From: an uncultured Methanosarcinales archaeon
GTDB taxonomy: Archaea; Nanobdellota; Nanobdellia; Woesearchaeales; CAYPCY01
Reading direction: 5' to 3'
Assembly (NCBI GenBank): GCA_964409385.1
Contig: CAYPCY010000003.1
Span: 1,885 to 65,884 of the forward strand
DNA length: 64,000 nucleotides
A program made the position numbers and the translations under genes. A model generated the notes under the pieces. That model did not search any database. It saw nothing but the letters and a program-made list of their open reading frames with translations, and had not been told where the DNA came from. Positions 37,261 to 45,740 of this stretch are shown here, piece by piece. Positions within the stretch are counted from its first letter, which is position 1. Each line of letters opens with the position of its first letter.

Positions 37261-37321
37261 CATTAGTATGCTTGACTGCAAGGAAACATACCTCCGAGGA
37301 TACGGCGGAAAATGTATACGG
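37261..37321. repeat. Conserved structured element, copy 1 (between tRNA-Arg and tRNA-Cys)
   Basis: About 80% identical over about 58 nt to 49545..49603. The stem GTATG(37266-70)/CATAC(37287-91) is replaced by GTGTG/CACAC in copy 2. Confidence 0.6.
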
Positions 37322-37327
37322 ACTTGA

Positions 37328-37347
37328 AGATAAAAGGATTCACATCC
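37328..37347 (-). terminator. Hairpin plus T-run after tRNA-Arg
   Basis: Minus strand reads GGATGTGAATCC followed by TTTTATCTT, about 20 nt past the tRNA 3' end. Confidence 0.35.
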
Positions 37348-37365
37348 TAAACCTCCAACTCCTAA

Positions 37366-37518
37366 CGGACCTGGAGGGATTCGAACCCCCGATTTACAGC
37401 TTACTTCAAATGCGAAGCTTTTGTAGGATTACAAAGCCTTGCTTTGAAATAGAAGGCTGTCGCCTTATTTTCCCAACCCTGCTTTTCGCAAAGGATTGCC
37501 AGGCTAGGCTACAGGTCC
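37366..37518 (-). tRNA. tRNA-Arg (UCU) with a canonical 37/38 intron (about 37402-37449) and a second insertion in the D-loop (about 37470-37498)
   Basis: Acceptor GGACCTG/CAGGTCC with discriminator G, D-stem GCCT/AGGC, anticodon stem ACAGC/GCTGT, loop CTTCTA|..|A, T-arm GGGGG-TTCGAAT-CCCTC. BHB motif: central helix CTTC/GAAG, bulges TAT and TAA, outer helix TTCAAA/TTTGAA. 153 nt in total. Confidence 0.8.
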
Positions 37519-37542
37519 TTGACTTAAAGAAGAAATAAGAGT

Positions 37543-37550
37543 TTTATAAA
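37543..37550 (-). promoter_or_regulatory. TATA box (TTTATAAA) for tRNA-Arg
   Basis: Centred about 28 nt upstream of the tRNA 5' end. Confidence 0.5.
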
Positions 37551-37626
37551 TTTAATGTTAAGAAGAATTTCTACTTGTCTTGGATTTTTACAAAAATTTA
37601 AATAGAAACTAAACTAAAAAAATAAC

Positions 37627-38478
37627 ATGGCTTTAGAAGAAGTAATGCTTAACATGAAGTATGAAAGACAAGGATTATATGCTTTCTTAATGAGTATTTT
37701 CTTCTGTTTCTTAGGAATATTAAGTGCGAGGATGGTTTTTGCATCAAATGTTGATATGATGGCTTTGGCATTTACTTCAATGCTTTTAATGTATGGCTTG
37801 AACAAAATAACGACAGAAGAGGAAGAATTAGAAGCTAGAGAATCTAAATTTTCAATTAGAGGATTATTTGGAGAACATAAAGATGTTTTTAAAATATATA
37901 TTGCTGTTTTCTTCGGAATTTTCTTTGTTTACTTATTCTTTTCAATGTTTGCATCTACAGATACTACATTATCTAATTCTCGTTCACAACTTGCAATGGC
38001 AGGAATAACCGGACAAGCAACTGAAGGATTAGCAGGACAGGCCATAGAAGAAGGATTTTTCTCATCAGTATTGAAAAATAATATTAAAGTATTATTCGCT
38101 TGTGTTTTATTATCTATAATTTATGGATCAGGAGCAATATTATTCATTGTATGGAATGCATCTGTATGGGGTGCAGTTTTTGGATATAGTATTAAAATGT
38201 CGTCATTAGTTTCTGGACAGAGTATGTTAATCACTTTTTTAGTAATAATGATACCTGTATTTCCTCATATTCTTGCAGAAGCACTAAGTTATTTTGCAGC
38301 TTCTATTTCAGGAGGAGTATTGTCCAAGGCAATAACTAAGGAAGATATTGGTTCTGACAGGTTCAATCATGTATTTACCGATAGTATGATATTCACAGGA
38401 ATAGCATTCTTTTTGATTGTAATAGCTGCATTTATGGAAACTTACCTTCCTGACCTAATAGGAAGTATTCTTGCTTAG
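37627..38478 (+). CDS. SpoIIM/DUF95-like integral membrane protein
   Basis: Multi-pass protein with VWNASVWGAVFG and FPHILAEALSYFAASISGG motifs. Confidence 0.6.
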   Translation: MALEEVMLNMKYERQGLYAFLMSIFFCFLGILSARMVFASNVDMMALAFTSMLLMYGLNKITTEEEELEARESKFSIRGLFGEHKDVFKIYIAVFFGIFFVYLFFSMFASTDTTLSNSRSQLAMAGITGQATEGLAGQAIEEGFFSSVLKNNIKVLFACVLLSIIYGSGAILFIVWNASVWGAVFGYSIKMSSLVSGQSMLITFLVIMIPVFPHILAEALSYFAASISGGVLSKAITKEDIGSDRFNHVFTDSMIFTGIAFFLIVIAAFMETYLPDLIGSILA

Positions 38479-40421
38479 TTAAATAAGAAATTAAAGAAAG
38501 TCGTTATTACATTTGAAGTTCCAGTAACTAGATTTGGTTCTGCTTCTACTTCTTCAATAGATGGATTGCCACATTCTCCTGGCGTTTTAATGTCATCATC
38601 AGGACATTGACCTCCGCAACCATCAAAACCTCCACAAAGAACAGTACAGACTGGTTTACAAGCAGGCTTAACTAATACTTCTTTAACAGTTTCTACTAAT
38701 TCTATGACTTGTACAGATCTTTGTTCAGTAATTTTTGGTTTTATACTATTAACACTTGTTTGTTCGACTTCTTCTAAATCTTCAGGAACAACTACTTCTT
38801 CATTATCTCCGGAACAACTAACATCAAAACTTGTAATACAAGCACCGTCCTTAATCGGAATAGCAACACAACCTGCCTGTAATAATGGTTGTTGAACAGT
38901 CGGGCAAGGTGCAGAAGCAGAAGGTTCAAGAACAATTTCTAAAATTGTATTTTTTTCTAAAATTATTTTCTCTTGAGCCAATAAGAATTGTTCATTATCA
39001 ATCATAATAATATAATTTTCAGGTAGTAAAGCAAAAGTTGTCTTTCCACTAGAATCAGTGATACTTTTATCAAGAACAGCCCATTGTTCATTCAAAACAT
39101 AAACTTGAACATTCTCTCCAGATAATTCTCCAGTTTTTAAAGAAATTTCAAGAGTGAACTCTCCAGACTCAACAACTAATTCTTGACACGCATAAACTAT
39201 ACATCCTATCGCATCTACTGCTCCAGTATCAACAAGATTTCCAGAACATTCAAGGTAAGAACATTCTAAACTGAATTCTGCAGCCATATCTTGACATTCA
39301 TAAATACTACAACCATCAACATCAGTTCCTACAATATTCAAAGTTCCTTCGCAGTAAGGGACTATACAATCAACTTCTTGAATTTCACAATCATAAACAG
39401 GACAGGCATCTTGCCAAGACTTAATAACTAAATTTTCACTACAAACTGGAGGTTCTTGACAACCACCTATACATTCATAACTTAAACAGTCTCCATTAAC
39501 TTTAGTTAATTCATATACTCCTCCTGTACAAGAAGGAAGAATTTCACAATCAGGATTATTTTCACAATCAAAAGTTAAACAACCATCAGATTCTTGACCA
39601 ATAACTTTCAAATTACTATTACATATAGGTATGGAACAATCATTAGGAATTTTAGAAATATCAATATTTATAAGAACTTCAACACATTGATAGACTATAG
39701 AACCATCAATTTCTCCTCTTGCAATTAATACTTCTCCTTGTTTACAACCGGAAACTTCTTTAACATTAATAATTACAGGATCAATACTTATTAATTTATA
39801 ATTTAAACTTTGGAACTCTTGTGGTTGGTTAACAACGAGCACCAACTCTATACCTTCTTGATCAAGCAAGCCTACTTTATTTTCTTCTACTGTTTTAAGT
39901 ATGAAACTGGCCTTATCTGAAATTTTAAATAGCCAATCTATATTCATCAAAAATGAATTTCCTGAATTTGTGTAAACTACAGGACTTTTAGCTCCTGACA
40001 GAGGATAATCTGCAATTCCACTAGTAAAAACAAGACTATCTCCAACAGTTTCTATGAATAATAAATCAATAGAAGATTCTTCGTTAGGTTTTCCTTTTTC
40101 CAAAAGTAATTCTTTGCCTGTGGCAAGGTTTAATAATAAGACATTATTCTTGTCAAAAATAGACAAAAACTGAAATTTTAGGCCAGATGTGTAAGTTACT
40201 ACTTCCTCTTTTTTTAAAATCACAACATCTCCAACTTCAACAAGATATTCTTCAGATTTGTCATCTTGAGTAGCAAACCCCGTAATTAAATTTCCCAAAT
40301 TAGAAAACCAAGAAAATATTGAGTCAAGAATTGTTTCTTCAGAACTTTCAATAATATATTCTGCAGTTGTAAAATTCACTAATAAAATAATAAATAGTAA
40401 AATTTGAATGAATTTCATCAT
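38475..40421 (-). CDS. Secreted protein with five tandem Cys-rich modules and a carboxypeptidase-regulatory-like domain
   Basis: Signal peptide MMKFIQILLFIILLVNFTTA. Five repeats of pattern C..P.C...L...G.D.DGC..Y.C between aa 261 and 412. Confidence 0.6.
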   Translation of the reverse strand: MMKFIQILLFIILLVNFTTAEYIIESSEETILDSIFSWFSNLGNLITGFATQDDKSEEYLVEVGDVVILKKEEVVTYTSGLKFQFLSIFDKNNVLLLNLATGKELLLEKGKPNEESSIDLLFIETVGDSLVFTSGIADYPLSGAKSPVVYTNSGNSFLMNIDWLFKISDKASFILKTVEENKVGLLDQEGIELVLVVNQPQEFQSLNYKLISIDPVIINVKEVSGCKQGEVLIARGEIDGSIVYQCVEVLINIDISKIPNDCSIPICNSNLKVIGQESDGCLTFDCENNPDCEILPSCTGGVYELTKVNGDCLSYECIGGCQEPPVCSENLVIKSWQDACPVYDCEIQEVDCIVPYCEGTLNIVGTDVDGCSIYECQDMAAEFSLECSYLECSGNLVDTGAVDAIGCIVYACQELVVESGEFTLEISLKTGELSGENVQVYVLNEQWAVLDKSITDSSGKTTFALLPENYIIMIDNEQFLLAQEKIILEKNTILEIVLEPSASAPCPTVQQPLLQAGCVAIPIKDGACITSFDVSCSGDNEEVVVPEDLEEVEQTSVNSIKPKITEQRSVQVIELVETVKEVLVKPACKPVCTVLCGGFDGCGGQCPDDDIKTPGECGNPSIEEVEAEPNLVTGTSNVITTFFNFLFN

Positions 40422-40488
40422 TTTTACAGAGTGCAGAGTAGTATATAAAATTTAGGTTTATAACATTTAATAATTATAATTTTTGAGA

Positions 40489-41130
40489 TTATATTCTTTC
40501 TTCAAAACCAAACTTACCAATCATTGGAGAAAATAAGAATGTTCCTAAAGAGATTTCTTCAATTCCTTTTTCAGTCTTTATGATTTTCTTCATTTGCTGT
40601 TCTTTTTCAGTTCCTACAGGTGCCACAATTATCCCAGTAGTTTTCAGTTGATTCAATAATAATTCAGGAATCATAGGACAAGCGGCAGTTATTATTATTC
40701 TATCATAAGGTGCAGAATCTTCTAATCCTTGACTTCCATCTGATTCGTGAACTTTAACATTAGTTATTCCGATCCTCTTCAAATTATCTTGAGCAAACAT
40801 TACAAGTTCTGGCAATACTTCAGAAGAATAAACTTTTCCTGTTTCGCCAACTAGCTTTGAAATAATTGCTGACTGATAACCAGAACCAGAACCGACCTCA
40901 AATACTTTCATTCCTTCCTTCACATCTAAAGCATCAGTCATTAATAAAACAGTAGAAGGCTGAGAAATAGTTTTTCCTCTTAGTATTGGAAGTGCATTAT
41001 CATTATATGCTTGATCCCTCATATTATCAAGAACAAATTCTTCACGAGGAACTTCTTCAAATGCTCTTATTAGAGATTCAGAAATATGCAATGATTTCCA
41101 CTTTTCAAGCAATAACTCTTTTGAGTACAT
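40489..41130 (-). CDS. pcm: Protein-L-isoaspartate O-methyltransferase
   Basis: TISQPSTVLLM and FEVGSGSGYQSA motifs. Start taken at ATG 41130; the track ORF extends to 41175. Confidence 0.85.
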   Translation of the reverse strand: MYSKELLLEKWKSLHISESLIRAFEEVPREEFVLDNMRDQAYNDNALPILRGKTISQPSTVLLMTDALDVKEGMKVFEVGSGSGYQSAIISKLVGETGKVYSSEVLPELVMFAQDNLKRIGITNVKVHESDGSQGLEDSAPYDRIIITAACPMIPELLLNQLKTTGIIVAPVGTEKEQQMKKIIKTEKGIEEISLGTFLFSPMIGKFGFEERI

Positions 41131-41167
41131 ACTCTTATATAAATAACAAGAAATAAAAAAGTTGCGG

Positions 41168-42247
41168 TCAATCAAGCCAAGTTTTATTATTTTTTAACTT
41201 TTCAGGAAGATAATTAGAAATTACGAAATTCAATCCGTGAGTGGCTAAGGCTTGTTGTTCTGAACGAACTTTCATTTTTAGCAATTGTTTTAATGCCTTT
41301 TCCCATTTCTTATGATTCTTAACAAATGGATCATTCTTAATACCATCTTTAATTCTTTTAATATCAACATCCTTCAAAGGATGTGTTGGAAGGTTATAGT
41401 CAATAACATCTTGAGGAGTTATTCCTATAAATCTTGCTTTAGGAACACAAAAGTATTTGTTAATATGAGCTGCATTTCCAGAACCAACCTTAAGAGTCCT
41501 ATAAATATTTAGAAACCCGTATGGATCCCCATCTGTGAATACTAAAACAGGTAATTTCTTGTCATCACTTAATCTTCTAATGAACCGTCTACAAGCCCTT
41601 GTTGGAACACCCCCCATACTTATTAAGATACAATTTGATTTCTTCCAAAAATTATGCTTAACAAGTCTTTGAAACATACCAGCAGTTTCAATTGCAAGAA
41701 TGAATTGAGCATTTGTTTCAAACTTTAATTCTTCAACACTTGATGGAATTGAGTATGCTCCACTCCCAAATTTAGTACAGTCAATCTTAATATCTTCTCC
41801 CGTTCCTGGATCTTTATCAATAACAATTAAGGCACCTGCAATATCCCCCCCTTTTTCTTCAGGAATGAACCCTAATTGTTCCCTATTAACTCCAAACATT
41901 GCCTCAACATCATCCATTACAGTATCTGATTCTACTTGTTCTTTAAATCCAACACCACCCCAATTTTTGCTAACATAGTATGCTTCTCTTTTAGTAGCAA
42001 TATCTTCAGTTTCAACTAATGTTTTTGATAATCCCATAACTTTCAAAGTCTGAGAAAAAGTTTTAACAGTATTAACAGTTAATGTTCTTGATTTGTTAGA
42101 ACCCCCAAGTTCAAAATAACCATCTTTAGGATCATAAATTACATTACTTAATGATCTTACTGGAATGTTAAGTATTGGTTGTTCTAAAGAACCTATTTTT
42201 TTCTTTATTATTGTTGCCAACTTATTAATCTTATCAATAATATTCAT
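41168..42247 (-). CDS. top6A: DNA topoisomerase VI subunit A
   Basis: Spo11/TopVIA fold with a Toprim DGDPYG motif; 359 aa. Overlaps top6B by 4 nt. Confidence 0.9.
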   Translation of the reverse strand: MNIIDKINKLATIIKKKIGSLEQPILNIPVRSLSNVIYDPKDGYFELGGSNKSRTLTVNTVKTFSQTLKVMGLSKTLVETEDIATKREAYYVSKNWGGVGFKEQVESDTVMDDVEAMFGVNREQLGFIPEEKGGDIAGALIVIDKDPGTGEDIKIDCTKFGSGAYSIPSSVEELKFETNAQFILAIETAGMFQRLVKHNFWKKSNCILISMGGVPTRACRRFIRRLSDDKKLPVLVFTDGDPYGFLNIYRTLKVGSGNAAHINKYFCVPKARFIGITPQDVIDYNLPTHPLKDVDIKRIKDGIKNDPFVKNHKKWEKALKQLLKMKVRSEQQALATHGLNFVISNYLPEKLKNNKTWLD

Positions 42248-43929
42248 TCAAAATCACTCAATGTAGTTGAACTTTCCAACTTTTTTTCTTCTATTTTCTT
42301 TTCTTGTTTCTCCTTACTCTCTCTTCCTAATAATGCTAGTTCTTTATCATACTCCTTATTTTCTTGTTCTATTTGTTCTATAGTTCCTCTTTTAGTTTCT
42401 AGAATTTCTCCTAGATTATTCTCAAGATTTTGTTTTTCTAAATCAGGAAATTTTAGTATTTCTTGTAATGCCGTTGCTAAGTGTGGAATATATTTTTCAA
42501 TTAAACTCCTTTTTTTTAACTCGTCCTTTACAGATTTTTTCTTTCTAACATAGTAAGATAATTTTCTTCCTGCTTCTTGCAATGCTAATTTAATTTCACT
42601 AATTATTTCAGGATAATGAGCTAATGCTTCTTTAGCTTCTGAAGTGAATGGAACCCATACTGAAGCTACGTGAATAAGAATTACTAACGGACCAACTGGT
42701 AATGATCTTTGAGATTGTTGCAACCCATACGATTTCCATTTAGTTTTTACTATTGAATCAGTTATTGAACAAGCTCCCTGCTGATATAATAATGGGACTC
42801 TATTTGCAAATCTTAAAATTTCTGCAGGTGTATCTCCAGATAAGTCTCCTCCATAAGCTAAACCAATTTCAACAATGAAAGGATTTCCTCTATAAACTGA
42901 AGGATTTCTTGAAACTGAAGTGAAAAATTCAGCATTTATTTCTTTTTTTAATCCTTTAATCAAAGCAATTTCTCCTATAGGAACTACACAATCTGTTGGT
43001 GGTGAAAGAAACTTGACCTTTTTTATAGCTTCAAAAATTCTTTCTGCTTGTTCTCTAGAAATTCTTTTTGGAAATGCTTTAGATAAAATTCCTGATTGAT
43101 CACAAACTTCCTGAGCAGATTTTGCCCCAACTCTAGAAAATTCTTCTTGAAAAAATGATTTTAATGTTCTTGTATTTGTAGCTTGAAGCATTTTCATCAA
43201 TATTCCTAATTCAATACCTCTAGGATGTGGTTTTATTTCTTTAGGATCTGGAGGTAGTTTATCTATTGCTCTCGCTAAAATAATTTGGTCTGCTTTAGGA
43301 TTAGTATAAACTAAAGTTACATGTGGATTAACAATTGCTGTTTCTCTAATATATTCATCAACACTTTGTTTTCCTTTATTGTAAGAACCTTCAAGATCAA
43401 ACTCTATTCTTGTTCCATGCTGAATATCCCATTCTCTAATATCTTCTTTTAGTATTTTTGGTTTGTTTGTTGTAGTGTCTATTTGTAATTCATAATAGTG
43501 TGCGGGTTCATTAGGTGAAATTTTAGATATTATTTTAGCAGGTTTGCCTGTTGTTAATTGAGAATATAATACTGATGCACTAATGCCTATACCTTGTTGG
43601 CCTCTAGACATTTTTAGTCTGTGAAATTTACTTCCATAAAGTAATTTGGCAAAAATTTTTGGGATTTGAGCCTTTACAATTCCTGGACCATTATCTTCTA
43701 CTATAACTCTGAAGCGATCATTTCCTAAATCTATAATTTCAACTTGTATTTCTGGAAGAATGTGTGCTTCTTCACAAGCATCTAAAGAATTATCAACTGC
43801 TTCTTTAATTGTGGTCATTAATGCTTTTCTTTTATTGTCAAAACCTAGTAAATGCCTATTTTTCTCAAAAAATTCGGCTATAGAAATATTTCTTTGCTTG
43901 GAAGCCATTTCGTGAGCTTTAGTAGACAT
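42244..43929 (-). CDS. top6B: DNA topoisomerase VI subunit B
   Basis: GHKL ATPase motifs EAVDNSLDA, DNGPGI and GQQGIG; 561 aa. Confidence 0.9.
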   Translation of the reverse strand: MSTKAHEMASKQRNISIAEFFEKNRHLLGFDNKRKALMTTIKEAVDNSLDACEEAHILPEIQVEIIDLGNDRFRVIVEDNGPGIVKAQIPKIFAKLLYGSKFHRLKMSRGQQGIGISASVLYSQLTTGKPAKIISKISPNEPAHYYELQIDTTTNKPKILKEDIREWDIQHGTRIEFDLEGSYNKGKQSVDEYIRETAIVNPHVTLVYTNPKADQIILARAIDKLPPDPKEIKPHPRGIELGILMKMLQATNTRTLKSFFQEEFSRVGAKSAQEVCDQSGILSKAFPKRISREQAERIFEAIKKVKFLSPPTDCVVPIGEIALIKGLKKEINAEFFTSVSRNPSVYRGNPFIVEIGLAYGGDLSGDTPAEILRFANRVPLLYQQGACSITDSIVKTKWKSYGLQQSQRSLPVGPLVILIHVASVWVPFTSEAKEALAHYPEIISEIKLALQEAGRKLSYYVRKKKSVKDELKKRSLIEKYIPHLATALQEILKFPDLEKQNLENNLGEILETKRGTIEQIEQENKEYDKELALLGRESKEKQEKKIEEKKLESSTTLSDFE

Positions 43930-43960
43930 AGAGACTTGTTGATTTGATATTTTAATAAAC

Positions 43961-44470
43961 TTAACGGTTTTTTTTCTTTTCTAATATTCTGAAAACAGTA
44001 CTGTGATTTGCTCCTTTAAGTAGAAGTTCTACTGATTGTCTTGCTAGTGATATTGAATCTATTCTTCCAACAATTGCTACTGTTTTTCCATAAACTGAAA
44101 TATTACATTCGGTTAATTCTTCTATTGTTCTTCTACTTTTTCCACCAGTTCCTATAATTCTTCCTTTTACTCTTGGAAGTTGTTTTTCGTTAACAAATTC
44201 TTTCAAATGAATTAATTCAAGCATATAATCTTGTTTTAAGAGAAGTTGTGCAATATCTGGATTAAATCCTCTTCCTATAGCACTGATTGTGTTTTTTAAT
44301 GCGTATAATTTTAGTGGATCTTCTCCTGTTATTTTAACTTCTGCATCATTAGAATCAATATTGATTTTGCAATTTGTTGATGATTCTAAATATTTCTTAA
44401 CTTCTCCTTTAGGACCTATTAAAACCCCGACTCTTTCTTTTGCAATTTTTAAACTGTAAGAGTAATCCAT
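43961..44470 (-). CDS. KH-domain RNA-binding protein (Dim2/Pno1-like)
   Basis: Two KH motifs, VLIGPKGE and IIGTGGKSRR, downstream of the Rio kinase gene as in the conserved archaeal pair. Confidence 0.8.
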   Translation of the reverse strand: MDYSYSLKIAKERVGVLIGPKGEVKKYLESSTNCKINIDSNDAEVKITGEDPLKLYALKNTISAIGRGFNPDIAQLLLKQDYMLELIHLKEFVNEKQLPRVKGRIIGTGGKSRRTIEELTECNISVYGKTVAIVGRIDSISLARQSVELLLKGANHSTVFRILEKKKNR

Positions 44471-44501
44471 ATCCTTAAGGAAATCGAGAATTTTTATAAA
44501 C

Positions 44502-45188
44502 TTAATCTTTTATAAACTTAAGTAGTTGTTCGTCTGTTTTTGTTTTGGAATATTTTGAAAAAAATTTATTTATTACTTTAATATCTCTTATTAATAATTC
44601 TTCTGCATTATATGCTGTTGTTAATGTTCCTTGAGAGAAATCTATGTAAACTGGTTGTTCTTCATAGTTTAGTATGTTGTAAGGACTTAGATCTCCATGA
44701 ATTAATCCTGACTTGTAGAGTTTTTTCATATCTTTAATTACTTGTTTATAGAATGTTTTTGGATCTTCTGGAGGATGTTTAGTTAATTTTAGTGCTGGAA
44801 TGTCTTGTTTTCCTATAAAATCCATGATTATAATGTGGTGCCTAATTGCTATTGGTGTTGGAACTTTAATAACTTCCCTTGCCTTTAGTAAATTTCTGTA
44901 TTCCCTCTGAGCCCAAGCAAAAATTATTTCTCTCTTTCTCCTCTTCAAACCTAAATATCTCGGATCTTGAATTAAATAATTAAACATATTCTTAAAATTA
45001 GAATTATCCAACCTCCAAATTTTAATAGCAGAAAATCCTTTTTTTGTTTTTAGAGAAAAGACATTTGCCTCTTTTCCTACTGAAACTTGGCCATGAAGTT
45101 CAATAAAATGTTCAGATAATTTGAACAATTCTCTTAAAGTAAAACTATCAAAAACATTCTTGTAGATCTTCCACTCTTCTTTTCTCAT
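44502..45188 (-). CDS. RIO-type serine/threonine protein kinase
   Basis: GKEANVF P-loop, catalytic LIHGDLSPYNIL and IDFSQ metal-binding motif; 228 aa. Confidence 0.85.
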   Translation of the reverse strand: MRKEEWKIYKNVFDSFTLRELFKLSEHFIELHGQVSVGKEANVFSLKTKKGFSAIKIWRLDNSNFKNMFNYLIQDPRYLGLKRRKREIIFAWAQREYRNLLKAREVIKVPTPIAIRHHIIIMDFIGKQDIPALKLTKHPPEDPKTFYKQVIKDMKKLYKSGLIHGDLSPYNILNYEEQPVYIDFSQGTLTTAYNAEELLIRDIKVINKFFSKYSKTKTDEQLLKFIKD

Positions 45189-45218
45189 AAATTAATGAAG
45201 AATTCAATAGTTTAAATA

Positions 45219-45440
45219 TTATTTGCAATACTCATTACACAAGGAACAATCATACTTTTCTAAGATAGTACAAGCTCTTTTAATGTTATTTTCTTGGAAA
45301 TAACAACAGGTTTTCATCTCTTCCCCTTCTATCTCAACAAAATCTTCTGTGATGAATCCTGTGGGTTCTGGTGTTTTATTAATAAGAATTATGAGAAAAA
45401 TTGCTAGTAATAAAACAAATAAAGAGAATATTTTGTTCAT
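45219..45440 (-). CDS. Small secreted Cys-rich protein
   Basis: ATG at 45440 gives MNKIFSLFVLLLAIFLIILINK followed by a six-Cys tail. The longer track ORF would read through the GC-rich ncRNA candidate. Confidence 0.45.
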   Translation of the reverse strand: MNKIFSLFVLLLAIFLIILINKTPEPTGFITEDFVEIEGEEMKTCCYFQENNIKRACTILEKYDCSLCNEYCK

Positions 45441-45520
45441 AATATAATTGTTATTAACCGAATATAAAAAGTTAATTGAAACTTGAACAATAAGCTTTAT
45501 AAACAGTTTTTGCTTTCTAG

Positions 45521-45626
45521 GTGGTAGCCCGTCGCGAGAGTACCTAATGGAGTTCACGACGAACAAGAGCATCGCTACGCTTTTAATGTCAAGCAATGAG
45601 CTTAGGGGTTAGTGACTCGGGCTACA
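45521..45626 (+). ncRNA. Unclassified structured RNA candidate (GC-rich island)
   Basis: Locally GC-rich within AT-rich spacer. An 8-bp terminal stem pairs GTAGCCCG (45524-31) with CGGGCTAC (45618-25), and internal stems CGTCG/CGACG and GCTT/AAGC are present. TTTATAAA at 45496-45503 is correctly spaced for a plus-strand start near 45525. Confidence 0.35.
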
Positions 45627-45740
45627 TTATAATTATATAGAACCTAACTATCATCAAATTCACAATCACAAAGTACAAAGAGTTTATTTTAACTTAGATT
45701 GCTTATTTCTTGGTATTATTAGGTTCTGGGAGGAAATAAA

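Noticed and set aside
37146-37538. A 130-aa plus-strand ORF.
   Set aside because: It runs antisense through tRNA-Cys, the conserved spacer element and tRNA-Arg. The tRNA cloverleaves explain the sequence conservation and GC content.
45441-45596. The N-terminal 52 codons of track ORF 45219..45596.
   Set aside because: The extension has no signal-peptide logic and reads through the GC-rich RNA candidate. The internal ATG at 45440 yields a clean signal peptide.
45521-45626. The GC-rich island, read as 5S rRNA, tRNA or a C/D-box sRNA.
   Set aside because: It has no T-loop (GTTCGAAT-type) motif. It has no 5S loop C/E motifs in the right positions on either strand. It has no RUGAUGA/CUGA box pair. 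It is kept only as an unclassified ncRNA candidate.
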